Below the pieces are notes generated by a model. It did not search any database. It was not told where the DNA came from and worked only from the letters and a program-made list of their open reading frames with translations. The position numbers were made by a program, and so were the translations under genes. Shown here in pieces: positions 21,352 through 34,842 of a stretch of 64,000 nucleotides of DNA. Numbering within the stretch: position 1 is the stretch's first letter; every line of letters starts with the position of its first letter. Origin of the DNA: Eutreptiella sp. 'Long Island Sound 2002' (Eukaryota; Protista; Euglenida); NCBI GenBank assembly GCA_964036045.1, contig OZ038378.1:199888001-199952000 (forward strand). The letters run 5' to 3'.

Positions 21352-24300
21352 GACGTGTCCCCGCATGTTGACGAAAGGAAAGAGGATCCGCTTGTACAAG
21401 AGTTTGAGGAGCTGAAGCGGCAGTTTGAGGCTAAGCAGTTGCGGAAGTTGGCCAAAGCCAAGGTACCTAATGATAGGATGTTGGACGTTAGCATAGTGCA
21501 AACACGGCGTAGTCTACGTCAGAGATCATATCCGCCCCGTGGGTTGAGGGGCGCTAGCTGTTCATCGTGTTCGCATCCGCACCGTGGGTTGAGGGGCGCT
21601 AGCTTTTCATTGTGTTTTGGTCGACAACCTCTGTTCATGGGGGTATCCATAGGATGCATGGTGTTGAGTGTTTACGCCATTGACCGGCATGATCGTTGTG
21701 CGTCCATGTTATGTTTTCAAGGCCAAAGAAGAGCGCAGCAAGAAGAAGAAGAAGAAGAAGGAGCGGAAGGAGAATAGCAAGAAGAAACGAAAACAACATA
21801 AAATGAAAAAGAAGTCAAGCAAAAGGCACCGGAAGAGTAAATGTGACAGCACTACTAGTTCGAGCACCGACAGCGATACAGACACTGGCAATGATAGTGA
21901 CACAGATGGTAGTAGTGGAAGCAGCGGCCGGCGTTCCAAACGGAAAAAGGTATTTGTGTGGCTCTTTGTGCGATTACGTGTCAACTTCGGAATCATTTAT
22001 TTCAAACCCATCCCTCCTTGGCCATGTGGTAGACACCCAAACACGATGTCCATTGATTCTTGGCCTTGCGTGGTACAGGGGGGGGGGAAAAATGCGATTC
22101 GCATTTTTTCGCATTTTCCGCATTTTTTTTCGCATTTTCTGGGCAGGTCCCTTAGTGTAATGTTCAAGAGGATACATTCAAGTGGCATTGTGTAGTTCAA
22201 CTAAAGGGTAGTTTTGTAGTCAAGTCAGTGTTTGCATACCTTCCCAACACCGCCACTTTTGTTTGTTACATGGCTCCTTTTCCCTTAGACATGTCACATG
22301 CTATGCCCTCCCATTGCCCTCCTTCTGAGCCCACATCTGATGATGGAAATAGCCCACCCCGCCGCAAAGTAGTCTTCACATTGATGGAGCGATGGTGTCA
22401 ACAGATCAACATGCGTCTTGATAAACATAGGGGTTTTGGGAGTCCTATAGCATTTTAGCAAAACCGCATTTTATGCCGCATTTTTTCTCGCATTTTCCGC
22501 ATTTTTTCCGCATTTTTCCGCATTTTTTTCCAATCCCGGCGACCGCATTTTTCCCCCCCCCCTGGTGGTAGCGGGAAGGAGGGCGGTCGCAAGATTGAAA
22601 CGAATTTTCCAAACAACTTGTTTTCCATGTGACATTGAGGCCTTCTTGGTAGAATTTTTTTTGGTTAAGGATAACCCTTAAAGACAACGCCTAGAGACCG
22701 CCAACCGCCGGCAACAACCGCCAACCGCCACCCACCGCCAACCGCGACCCGCCAACCCCCACCCACCGCCGGCGTTGGGCCATAAATGTCGGAAGTTTCG
22801 TGGAAATTGTCTCGGTAGCGTTCAAATTTTCGAATTTCATGCGGTTTTAGAATGGTAGCCACCTTGCGATTTGGAGGGTGCATATGCAGCCACTAGAGCA
22901 AAGGCACCAAGTCTGAGAAGGTGTAGCTTGGGAGCTGTGTTGTGGAACGCGCCGCATGGAAGGAAGAAATGGCGTTTCCATTAGCAGTGCCATTTGTTTG
23001 CCTTCACATGATTTCCTACTCCGTATCATGTGCCAACCATTACTGGGCCTTTGTCACCGTACTAGGGTTGCCCTTTGCAAATTTGGACTAGTGGCCCCCT
23101 CCCGCTTTCACCAATGTCCCTCTGTCCTAGTTGCCTAGGCTCCAGCATAGGCTCCAGCATAGGCTCCAGCATAACATGCAACACAACCTCAAGTCCCTGT
23201 CACACCATTTTTGTCGATGTTTGTGCTCTTTTGTCATGTCATGTCTTTGGCACTTTGGCTGCATTTTCGCAGTTAGGGCTCCGGCTGAAGTCTATATGGT
23301 GACGGTGGAACAATTACCCACTACAATTGCCCACATCAAACTGAAAGCCGCTTTCTCAAATAATTAATTGACATCCTGCGAAGGGCAAGTAGGTCGGTGC
23401 CAAGTGTCCATGAAAGTCCCTGCAAAAGCCAACCCTGTTGCCTTCTCTAGAAGGTTTCCTTGACCGTCAGGCCCATGGGACGTGCCACGTCTATGCACTA
23501 TGGGGATCGGCCTAGGGGGTGGAGGTGTAAGAAAAAGCGTTGAAATGGCCTAGGAGAGAGCGACCAGCGCAAGCGCAACGTTTAGGAAGCGGACGTGCAC
23601 AAGCAAGGGTGTGGATGCGGTTTTTACAAGCGCTAGGAGAACAGCAAGCAATGGGAGTAGCTAATTGAGATAAGAGGCAAGCCGAAGCAGAAGGAGGGTG
23701 AGACATTGTTGCGCGCAACGCTCTAACACCTTGGCGTGAGAGGCACCGTGATGCTTTGTGCCACAGCGTAAGTGTACGATGGAGCTGCAGCTCAAGGCCA
23801 TAGAAGACGAAATTCAGTTTCACAAAGATATGGCGATGACGAAGGCGTTACAGCAGGAGGCGCGGAATGAGGAACCTTTACGAGCAGGTTCCCGCACCGT
23901 TCCAGTCGCAATTCATTTGTGGGGTGTCCGGGGTTTTTCTGTTGATGTTGACAACAATGGGCCCTGATCAATGAAGCAAAGCCGAGCATAGGATCCCACC
24001 CTAGATACCACCAAAGAGATACTTAAGATGACCATTCGGCTGACCATAATCCCTACATCAGCAGAATATCCTTGGGGGGCAGCAAACATGTGAGTTTCTA
24101 TTTGAGGGTCACTTGGATCCAACAAAGTGTGGAGGGGGGGGGCAGGGAGGAGTTGCGGAGAGGTTGCGGGTGTGTGCGGGTAGGTGGATGTGTGTGTGGG
24201 GATGGGGGGGGGCAGTGGGGGGGGTGCGTAAGGGGCGATTTCCCGCCAATTCTGGTTCACCCTTCCTCCCGCGTACTAGTCCGCTTTGTCTTTGTTGCAG

Positions 24301-24563
24301 CCACCTCCACAACATCAGAGGGCAGCCCCACTTCGACCGTCTTTGTTGGTGGTGTGCCACCAGAGGCCGACGAAGAGGAGCTGCGGCAGTTCTTTGCGCC
24401 GGTTGCCCTGGGGAAGATCCTGGAAGTGCGGCTGAAAAAAGGCTTTGCATTTGTGCAGTGGAGTTCTCCTCGTGCTGCCCAGGAGGCATGCAAACTGGGG
24501 GGCTTGCAACTGCTGGGGCGCTTTGTGACGGTGCAGCTGGACCGGCCGAGGCCACGACAGTGA
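21352..24563 (+). CDS. Spliced Lys/Ser-rich RNA-binding protein with C-terminal RRM (exons 21352-21462, 21722-21949, 23767-23887, 24301-24563; first exon uncertain)
   Basis: AG/GT boundaries with phases 0,0,1 join into one open frame. RRM: TVFVGGVP...EELRQFF...KGFAFVQW...AQEAC..L.G..L.GRFVTVQ. A candidate upstream donor GTAAGT at 21255 does not give a clean ATG in phase 0. Confidence 0.7.
22076..22564. mobile_element. 489-bp MITE in an intron of the RRM gene
   Basis: Perfect 21-bp TIRs CA(G)10(A)5TGCG, a 6-bp direct repeat GTGGTA on both sides (22070-75, 22565-70), and subterminal CGCATTTT repeats. Confidence 0.85.
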
Positions 24564-27500
24564 CTTTGGACAGATTGCCGTACACGCACCCGCTTGACCA
24601 GATGGGGCCGATTTCTTTTGTGTGCTTCAGACAGTTGATAAGGCCAGCGCCAGGTCAGCGGGCGAAGCATCCGGTTGATCCCGCAGGGTTGCGACATGCC
24701 GACGACCAATATTCAGTACTGCCGTGATTTATCAAACGAAAGATTGGTTGGGGATATTGGCGGGGGCTGGTCCCCAACGCCTGCTCGCAGGGCAACCTGA
24801 AAATTGCTCTGCGGGGGGGGGGGGGGGGTGACATGGACGCCCGCCGAAGGAGGGGGGGGGGGGTTGGAGAAATGGGGTTTCGTGTCGGGCCCTTTGTTTT
24901 GTGTAAGAACGGATGTTGGCGCCAAAGGCACAGGAACACAAAATTTGGCCCGAAAAAGTTTTTTCCACCAATAATCCCCCCCCCCCACATTTGAGTAGTC
25001 AAAATGATCAGCGCGACGTGGGTATCATTTTGAGCCATAGATGTTGGGTTGACCCCCCCCCCCCCGGCACGGCAGGTCGGGCACCCCCGCCCTGAACCCC
25101 CCCTCCCGTCACGGCGGCCAAGGAGGGAGGGGGGGGGTTGGGAAAATGGGCTTCCGTGTCACCCCCCCCCCCGCAGAGCAATTTTCTTCCCGCCCAGAGT
25201 CGGGGGGGGGGGGCGGGCGGTATGTCGATGCTCACACCTCCACGAACCACTGACCAGCGTTGTTCTGACCGCTACCCTGAGTTGCACTGACCAATACCTT
25301 GCAACCAATGACCATTGCCCGTACCAGGCCTGTGCTCGGTGGTTGGCCTGCCCCGGGCAGGGGCTTCGGAGATGTTGGGTGGGTGGGGGTGGAGGGGCAG
25401 GGCACCTGGGCCTCACGCACATGGAAACACAGCCAGGCAGGTCGGGGACGGCCTGAGGACGGGGGTGTGGGGACAGCAAAAACAGTCAAACGACCCCCGC
25501 AACAACCAGCACAATTCCAATACGCCAACTACCGGGCGCCGCTCACGCGCAAACGGCACATCCCGCCACATCCAGCACAGCCCCAGCACACCAACCACTG
25601 GGCTCCGCGGACGCGGAAACGACACCAGCAGGAGCACCGGCGGCAGCGGCCGACAGAAAGCAGCGACCCGACGCAACATGCGAAGGGAAGAACGGGTGAC
25701 TGGGGAGCGGTTGCATATGGTGACGAAACTTCGACGAACTTACGTGCTGAGGCGACAAGAATATTGCTCCGTGGAGAGGGGGAACGGAGGCCCGGCGAAG
25801 GAGGGGGCGGGGGGATGGGCCTCCGTGCCAGCCTGTTTGAGGACCAGCAGTGTCTCGAAAACCGGGCCAAGCGGCGTGGATAGCAAATATTCCGTGAGAC
25901 ATCCCTCAAAATGATCAGTCGTCCTGGGGATGATTTGACTCCAGGTTAGGGTTAGGGTTAGTATGTTGGGTTAGCCCCTGCCCCCCATCCCCGACTCTCC
26001 ATCCGTGACTGGACAATGGCACAGCCGCCACGATAGTTGGAGCTCCGCAATGGGAATGGGCCTCCGTACCACCCCGCCCAGGTCACAAACAAATTTCGAT
26101 GGATCATAAAGCTCCATCATCAACAATGAATGTCGGTGAGCATTTCTGCAGTTGTGTTAGGGAAGATGTGGAAGGGGGTCTGGAGAATGGAAAACGGTTG
26201 CTCCTATTGATGCAAGCCTTTCTCTCGTGTTCCGCTTTTATCCATTTCCCCATTGGTCCCTTTTCCCACACGTTTCTGGTTTCCGGTGATGAGTTGGTGA
26301 GTGTTGGTGTGCAGTACATTTTTGTTGTCTGCCAATGGATTTTGCGCGGTTTCCCCAATGTGACTGGGAAGGAATGGCTTTCAAATTTTGGAGGCAGTGA
26401 GATCAAGAGTGAAATTCCTCCTGGCTCTACACGCCTGGTCAAACGAGGTATTTCAGGTTTGGTACTGGATAGGGTTTGATAGGGCAATGGCCATCCTCGT
26501 TCATATGGTCAGCCTCTCAGGAGCAATCTTAACACAGCCCTGTTGCCATTCCGCTATGGACATCATTGGGTGGTTCCAGTTCACTGGTCATAAACATCCG
26601 TGCCCAGTGATGAGTGTGCTGTGTACCACCATCTCGAGACCCCATCCACAAATCCAATCTTGTGTTCCTCACATTTGTAGTACAATCAGACTTGTCCAGT
26701 GACCCTCCCATTTCACGTGATCACGGTCAAAGACCTGTCTGTCAGCCCGTGTTCTAAGCCTCCTCCTCTTCCGATGCATCCTTGGAGAGAAGTGCGCGCC
26801 CTGTGCGCCACTTTTTGGCCATTGTCTCCAGAATTGCCCCATGATTCCAAAACCCACCAGAAGCCCCACAGAAGCCACACAGAAATGGCATTTTTCAGTG
26901 AACATCGTGTGCCTGAGGACGCACACGTAACTGCAAAAAAAAAGTGAGAACATAAAGGGGTCTGGTCAAATGGCCAGCACTGAAATCAGTCAGCCTAGCC
27001 TCACCAAGGTGTTAAACCTTGTCAGAATAGCCTGTCCTAGCTGGCTTGTCTTGGTCTCTTTGCTGATTCTCTTGGTTTCAACGGCATCTCCTCCTTCCTC
27101 ATCGCCGTCGGCTTTCCACAATTGGACCCCGTCCCTCCTTGGAAGGGAGGTGTCCCTCTCATGCACTGAGAGAACAGGCTGACCATCAAGTTAAACATAT
27201 CATTGTGACAAGTGAACGTGCATCGAGCTTGGAAAAGTGCCCAAAATTGCCCTGTTTGTGCCATGCGGAGGGGCATTTCTTCTCAACATGTGGCACCCAT
27301 TTGGTGTATCCAGGTGCTCTCAAGCCAATCCAAACCTTCATAGCGCTAAAGAGCACAGGGCTGTCCTTAAGTTTCTTCAGGAAAACAAGCAGCCGTCCAT
27401 CCATGAAACTGCAAACAAGCAGTGATTTGGCAATCTAGTAGTTGAACCAGATGTTGTACCACGATGACATTGACATGCCCATGGACCCAAACCTACGCTG

Positions 27501-28471
27501 TCTGCCCCAAGTAGACACGGTTTGTTGATTATAGACACTGTCAGCATGTTGTAGACGCGAAGTGCCAATATTTGCCCTCTTTCCCCAAAACAGTCCGCTA
27601 ATATCATTTACCCGTGCGTATGGGCATTGCGGTATGTAGTTTGTAGACACGGTCTGCCCCAAGTAGACATGGTCTGCTAATTGTAGACCCTATCTGCATG
27701 TTGTAGACGCAAAGTGCCAATATTTGGCCCCCCTTTCCCCCCCCAAAAAATACTCACGGCGTTTACCCGTGCACATGAGAACGTGCACATGGGAGGCGCC
27801 TCCGGACCCCTTGGGGGGTGGCGGAACAGGGGGGGGGTCAAACGGGCTGTTTTACTGTAGATGGAGCCAATTTTCCACGAATTCAAGAGTTTTGACCGAA
27901 TGTCGTCATCCTCACATGAGAAAAATTGCCCCCCCCCGTATTTTGGACATGCTGAATCCAAAGAAAAAAAACAAGGGTTAGAGCTTGGTGAGACAGTGGG
28001 CTGGCTATGTTAGGGGTCGAAGTCAAGAGATTTGCCTGATTTTTGCCTATTTTTTGCCGGTGCGCGTAGCAGACATGGTTGTGCCCTGCATTCATGAATT
28101 TTCACCTATAATAGGGACCATTTTTGCATTTGGATCATGTACCCCCCTACTTCCGACACGGAGAATCCAAAATTTCAAGGTTCAAGGCTGCGCTGTATTT
28201 CACTGCCACCAGGTTGATTGCCATAACAAGTGGGGGCGCCCCCAGCGTAGTGCACCTATTTGGCAATCTAGGCAGCCTAAGCAGCCATGGCTTGATTTGT
28301 GGGCATTTGGAATTGGGGCAATTTGGACGCTTTGTGGGGAAATTGCGTTCCCGAAGTAGTGCGCAGTGCGAGGATTCCCCCATGATCTGGTGTGGTGTAT
28401 GCAACATGAGATCATCCATCCCAGCTTTCTCTTGTTTTCCCAGGTCTTGAGGTCTTGGCGATCGCTTTGAT

Positions 28472-29293
28472 ATGTCATATGATCATCACATGTCGCGCCC
28501 CTACCCTTGCTCTCCTGTGCGTCTGCACGCTGGAAGCCCCTTGTTCACAGCACGTCCACCAGAAGCAGTGCACCATTCCCCTGACGGGCTCCTGGACTTG
28601 TGGAATTTGTTGTATTTCGAGCAATGCAAGCACCGTCTGGCCAAAGACTATTTTGCGCTGCAAGACTTGTGGTTCATTGTCCTACCCAGCACTCTGTTTG
28701 GTCTACTGGCAGCAATCATGAGTTTCGTGCTTTCTTCCGAGACATTAGATGAAGATACACGCATCGCCGTGTCTGTCGCTGCAGGGTGCTTTGCGTTGTT
28801 CTGCACCTCCATACAAACGCTCGGGAATAAGCTCGGGTGGGGTTCGCGCCGGGATGCACATGACGCCGTGGCGCAGGAGCTCAAGCACATCCTTGACGAA
28901 CTGGACTTTCAATCTCGCAAGCCGGACCACCTACTGCGGAGTAGGGATGATCATGAGGTTGAAATTGTGCTCATTAAGTATTCGCAGATCCTCTCCCAGT
29001 GCAAGTCACTGCTGCCATCCAAGGTCCAGGTCCCATTCCAGTACTTGGAAGTCCAGGTACGGGAGTACGCATGGCGGATGGCCAAAACATGCGGTAACGC
29101 CGATGAGTTCTTTTGGCTGAACAGCAAAGCGTACCTTCTGTTACACAACAGGATTTATAACAAATGGTTCTGGCCGGTTCGGAACACCACCACGGACGAG
29201 GTGGACGAAGTGCTGAACTCTCTGGGTGTACCGTATGTCGCTGTGCGACAGCAGTTCCCTGAGGAACCAGTGCCTTTTAGATTTCGATTATGA
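28472..29293 (+). CDS. SLATT-like two-transmembrane protein, 273 aa (start uncertain; could be a terminal exon)
   Basis: Pattern H..A.DYF, TM1 WFIVLPSTLFGLLAAIMSFVL, TM2 IAVSVAAGCFALFCTSIQTL, then LGWGSRRDAHDAVAQELKHILDELDF: the 2TM plus R..H helix layout of SLATT domains. Confidence 0.65.
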   Translation: MSYDHHMSRPYPCSPVRLHAGSPLFTARPPEAVHHSPDGLLDLWNLLYFEQCKHRLAKDYFALQDLWFIVLPSTLFGLLAAIMSFVLSSETLDEDTRIAVSVAAGCFALFCTSIQTLGNKLGWGSRRDAHDAVAQELKHILDELDFQSRKPDHLLRSRDDHEVEIVLIKYSQILSQCKSLLPSKVQVPFQYLEVQVREYAWRMAKTCGNADEFFWLNSKAYLLLHNRIYNKWFWPVRNTTTDEVDEVLNSLGVPYVAVRQQFPEEPVPFRFRL

Positions 29294-30722
29294 AGCTGGC
29301 TGGGCTCTGAGAGCCTCCAAGAAGGACCACGGGGCGCACGCCTGTGCAACACATCCCACGCTCCTGTCAGTGCCCGGGCGGTGGCCATGTGCACGCTGCA
29401 TAACGGCTGTGTGTTGTGCACCTGTGGCGGGGGGACGGCTGTCCCCACATACGATGGCCTTAGTTCAGGGCTGCCCTGGGGACGCCCTGCCACTCCGCCT
29501 GCTGGTGCAGTTGGAGGTCTCGCAACGCCCACGCCATTGTGCCTTCTGGCCCCAACCGGGCCTGGGTGAGGCCGTCGCGAGCTCTGGCATGGGCCAGCCA
29601 GACCTTCTGTGACTCCCATAGCACCTGTCAGATTCTGTCCCCATATTGTGCGGTCACAACGTGCGGTATGTGTATGGCACACCCGTGATAGGCCTAGGGC
29701 CCTTTTCGGATGCCAAGTGGCCGCAATCTCCATGTCGGGGCGCCCCCCGGGGACGCCCCCCAGGAACGTGAACGTGTGCGCCCCCGAACCCACCGAAGTC
29801 CCGCTGGAACACACAGGTCACGATGGGCATCGGCACCCACAAGTCTACGAGGTCACAAAAAGGGGGGCGGGGGGGGGCGGGAGTCATGGCAAAGCCCTGG
29901 GCCGTACTGGTCTGCCATTGCCGAGGGGCGTCCGACACACCGCCCCCGAATGCCCGGCAGATCGGTACACCGCCGTCAGGGCCACGTATGTACAGTGAGA
30001 ACAGTAAAGCGCGTTTCCAACGCGCTCCCGTTTGGGCCAAAGTGGACAGCGGGAGGGGCCATCCGGGCTCAAGATTTCATGCCCCGACTGCACAAGCTGC
30101 AGGGACTGCCTTCACCCCGCTTCGAGTCGTGCATGGGCACATACCGCCACATGCATGGAGCACCGTGCACGCACAAGCATGGAGTCAAGCATGCACCATG
30201 CGTCAGCATGTGTATCTATCCCTGTGGGCCCACGTGCATGCATGCGTGTGAGGCCATGGGCTCATACACCGCTCGAAATCGGCCAGAAACAGGCTGCGCC
30301 GCCTGTACCCACCTTGACCAATGCATAGACGCCAGTGCATAGCCACACCCATGACAAATCACGGAGCCACGGTATGGAACGATGCCCATGAACACCCACG
30401 CAATCCAGCATGCAACATGCAGTGCACCACCACTACCACTGTCTGATCCTCCGGTGTCACTGGGGCACCAGCGCTTCATCAATCGCCCTTGAGTCGGGAT
30501 GTGACTGCCCTCCCACGCCCTGCCTTACTCATCTGCGAGTGACGGGAGCGTGGTCCGCTTGCTCTTTGCCCAACCCCGATTGAGCATACCAGCCAGTCCC
30601 GTCCCTGGCCTCCCCTTAGAGCCCAATCCGGGGGCCACAAGCTCCCACTCGTCAATTGGATATGATTCAGAACTGCTCCATGTGGAGGGACAGGGATTGG
30701 ACACATCTGTGTATTTGCATGC

Positions 30723-30982
30723 TATGGTCTGGCATAGTTTGCTCTTTTGGCCTGCAGTCCTTTCAATTCGCCGGTCTTTTGCCCTCAAGCCTACGGGCGT
30801 GGCAGTTTGCCACTGCATTCAATGGTTTAGCTTCTTCTCACCACGTGTCAGACCCACTACCACAGTTCCCTAAGGGGTCATTGCAGAATTGGACAGCTCT
30901 GAACCTTGATGCCGGGAAGCCTTCTTGAGCACCATACAATGAGCAGGCCACCCCAGCTCATCTTGGTCTGATCCAAAAAAAA
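30723..30982 (+). mobile_element. 260-bp 5'-truncated retroposed insertion with poly(A) tail
   Basis: 20-bp TSD ACATCTGTGTATTTGCATGC at 30703-30722 and 30983-31002, with an A-run just before the second copy. Confidence 0.75.
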
Positions 30983-33530
30983 ACATCTGTGTATTTGCAT
31001 GCATGCTTGTTGGTGTATATATTGCATTTGCATGTATATGATGTCTAGAGTGTTGTTTGCTGATTTAAGATTTCCCCAGAAATTTCACATTTTTGCTTTG
31101 AAACAACCAAAGGCAAACAAACATTTTTCCAATCCAAACGCGGAATTTCCGAACCGGAGTTGCATTTCTGGGATCACACCTGGGCTGATCACAGCAAAAG
31201 CACGAAGAAATTGCCAACATTCAAAGCCCACGGTGCTCACCAGTTAGATTGCAGTTGCAAACCGCTCAGCATATGTGAAATCGGTTCCCTGGTGTCAAGT
31301 GCGTGCATGTCTATTTCTTTGTACACCAAGACAGCGCCTACCCTACAGGTTAGTGGCTAGGTTGTGCTGAAGGGGATCTGTTTGATTCTCACCCAGATCC
31401 CAATCGCGGAGTTGACGATGCTGCCACCAATGAGTCATATCCTGAGGTTAGTCTACCTTATTCTTCCGGAGGTAGTGCATCCAACGTGCACTATAATCCC
31501 GCACCTACTCCTGATTCCCACACTGGATATTCAGGATATTCACCACTTCACTGTTACTAAGGTCCGGTGAGGTTTTTACAGTGAGAGGGTCTTCCAGTGT
31601 GACGATATAAGTTGTGTAATGACAATCCTCCAATAGTGAAATGCACCGCATCTGCGGCATGCTCTGCGGTTTAAATGTGGATGTGCACAGGGTTGAGGTT
31701 GCATTGTTGAATGTGTTGCCCTGCATTTGGTTGACTACCTTATTGCCCTCGGCCCTTCCTGGCATCATTTCACCCATTTTTCATTCTTTTTGTTCGACGA
31801 GTTTTCACAGCTAGAATCCTCACATCCTTTCTGTTTTAGTTTTCACAACATCGAGAATGTACTGGGCGCCATGTCAGGGCCCTGATCAGCATACAGTTGC
31901 GCTGTTTTTTCCGGGCCTGGTATTTATCATGCTTTTGTGAGCTCAATGCCCATAGCAGCCCATGAGAACAGATTTAAGTCTGTTGTAGTCAAATGCAGTT
32001 GGGTCTGGGAACGCAGAATGTAACCATGTCCTACGTTGTCAACCTCGACATCTTACATGGTTCTGACGACAAATTGCCAAAATTATACGGTGCGACGAGC
32101 CTTCTGGTGAAGCTCTCTTGGTGGCTTTGCTGCGGTGAGTGGAAATTGCCCATGCGTTTCCATTGCCCACCCTTTGTGACTTTGCTTGATCCCATTCGAA
32201 GCCTCGCTGCCTCAGCGTAGTTTTTTTGTAACACTTTCAGTGCTCGCATCACGCGCACTCGGGCATTCGTCTCAGTGTTTCACTTTGATTTGATTTGCAT
32301 TTCACCACACGCCTGAAGTGCCAACCCTGCGTTTATATCTATTGTGTTGGATTCAGAATGGCTTCCTGAACCACGTCTGGTTGTATTGAGACATTGCAAC
32401 AAATTGTCCACACTGGGGTGTGCATCAGTACTGTGCATTGTGGGAGTGAATAGGTGTATCCCACAGAATGGAGCTCCCTGTATTTATATATGCATTGAAG
32501 TTTGCTGACTTTCTTTGACTTGTGGAAGGAAGACGATATCTGTGCATTCCTGCAACATGCATGTCTCCTTCGGTACCTTTTTCCTGCTTCTGTTTGCCTC
32601 TTTCCTTGCGCACTGACACCAAACTCTAGCGGGCTACCTGCAAACTTGTGATACCAAGCACTTGGGTAATCAGGGCGCAGGCACATGGGGCCATCTCCAT
32701 CGGCTAGAGAGTGGGGGCGGGAGGCCCACATCTGCCTGTGCAGATGGTGTCCTTCTAAATTATCCTCTTGGTCTGTGCTCTGCAACTTGGTAGGAAACCC
32801 CAACAAACAATCATGCGCATGTGCCCTATGTTAGCCTCAATTGAACTAGTAGCTGTACTACAAATCAGCAGGTCTGGAAATATTGATTCTTTTGGAGGGA
32901 GATGATCACTGGGCGTACCCTCCAACAGTTCTGCTCGTTTTATGGCATCATAAATGCAACAGAATAAACTGGTTTGCTCACCCTGTACCCTGTGTGGTGA
33001 TATCAAAGCTGTAGGTCTGAACATCCCCATAGTATTGCCCACAATTCACTAAACAGAACAAATGATGTTATCCATCACTGGGCCTCAACAAGAGGTCCAA
33101 AAAGAGTGCCAACGGCGTCCATGACGGATGCCCTCCTTTTCCAACCTGTTCGCGATGGGAAGCACCACCGATGCCTCCACACCAAAGTAGTAGGCTCCGG
33201 CAATCTAGGTGGTAGGTGAGGGGGGGGCAGGGGCGGGTTGGGGGGGATGGGAAAGGGGCCAGGGTAGCCGAGGGCACGTTTTGACTCAAACAAGGAGCGT
33301 TAGTGCGCAGGGTGCACGCAGGGCAACTTTTTGGGCTACTTCTGATTCCTACCCCTGTTTTGACGGTGGATTCTACCCCTCAGATGGGTGTGTGGGTGTG
33401 TGGGTAGGATGGGACGATTTGGGATGACCTTCCGCATGGACTTGCCCCTTTCCGGGATATGGACTAGCGGGATGGCGGGTTTTCAAGTGAGGAGGGGGGG
33501 GGGGGTCAATAGAGCTCCCAAAATCTGGGG

Positions 33531-33870
33531 GGGGGAACCCCAAGAAGGCAGGGTGATGTGGCCAATTTTGATTTTGTCCCCTCTTTTGGCAACCCCGATA
33601 ACGCATTGGTTACATAGCAATTCTGCCCACTTGTGGGCCCCCGAGAAGGCAGGGGTGAGGTAGCCACTTTTGATTTTATTCCCTCTTTTGGGGACCCCCG
33701 ATAACGCAGGGGTTACATAGCAATTCCGCCCACTTGTGGGCCCCCAAGAAGGCAGGGTTGAGGCAGCCACTTCTGATTTTGTCCCCTCTTCAAGGGACCC
33801 CTGATAACAGAGGGGTTACACAGCAATTCTGCCCACTTGCGGGGCCCCGAGAAGGCAGGGGTGATGTAGT
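33531..33870. repeat. About 111-bp (two ~55-bp subunits) tandem repeat, about 3 copies; same family at about 46325-46485 and 45966-45990
   Basis: Recurrent GCAGGGGT(G/T)A(T/G)GTAGCCACTTTTGA...TGTCCCCT...GGGACCCCCGA(T/G)AA(C/T)GCAGGGGTTA units. Confidence 0.8.
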
Positions 33871-34445
33871 ACTTTCCACACTCAAAGTATGAAAACATAA
33901 GCAAGCCGCTGGTGGCACCACAAACGAACAATAGGGCGGAGGTATCAGCAGTCAGGGCAGGCTTCCGCGCTGTGCGCAACACCCAAGAGCTGTGCCTGTA
34001 TAGTGACTCTAAGTGGTGTGTGGATATTTTTAGCAATTTACAGCTATATAACCGCCGTGGTTGGATGGCGAAGGGTAAACAGCCAGTCAAGCACCATGAT
34101 ATATGGGAAGATATATACCAGTCATTGCAGGCTAGGGCGGCGACAGTGTGCGTCACCCATGTGTATGGGCACAATAAATTGGTATATAACGAGGCGGCAG
34201 ATGCCCTAGCCAGGGCTGGGGCTGCAAAGTCCACGGTACACAGAACGGTACGGCCCAGGGGGCCAACGGGTGAAGGGCCGAGGGCAAGGAGGCAAAAGCG
34301 AACAAGGACAAGGGGAGTAAAGAGGCAGGCAGCGGTGCAGGTCTCAAACAGTGACTCAGGCAGTGATAGGCCTACAGTAATCCGCCACAGGCAGCGGGAT
34401 ATGCGCAATGCGCCCATGGATATTTCAGATCCTGAGCCAGATTAG
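33870..34445 (+). mobile_element. 5'-truncated retroelement fragment encoding an RNase H1 domain
   Basis: YFPHSKYENISKPL, QTNNRAE, YSDSKW, HHDIW, HVYGH...NEAADALARAGA. The first catalytic Asp is missing because the fragment abuts the tandem repeat; a (CA)n tract follows downstream. Confidence 0.8.
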
Positions 34446-34648
34446 AGACAGGCAGAGCGCCGAGACAAAATGTACGTAAGTGACCTACCAACTAGCCTCT
34501 TTTTGTACTGCAAGTGTGTATAAAGAGCTCCAGAGAACTGCCAAAGGCACGAACAGAGCATGGATTGAATCACCCCCGACGCGGGGCAATTGGCAATTGG
34601 CACACACACACACCTCGCAGTTTGAGCTTGTATTGAAATACTTGGGCG

Positions 34649-34842
<194 letters not shown>

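Noticed and set aside
25945-25975. Two to three TTAGGG units (also CCCTAA at about 41172-41183)
   Set aside because: Too short to indicate a telomere or a healed break.
26099-27430. Protein-like fragments on the minus strand with a possible GT-AG intron (about 26937-27008) and a CGFCG motif
   Set aside because: Multiple stops and frameshifts and no family I can name; possibly an old transposon or pseudogene, but unsupported.
31360-32260. Possible decayed gag/pol-like frames on the minus strand
   Set aside because: No complete zinc knuckle, protease or integrase motif could be read.
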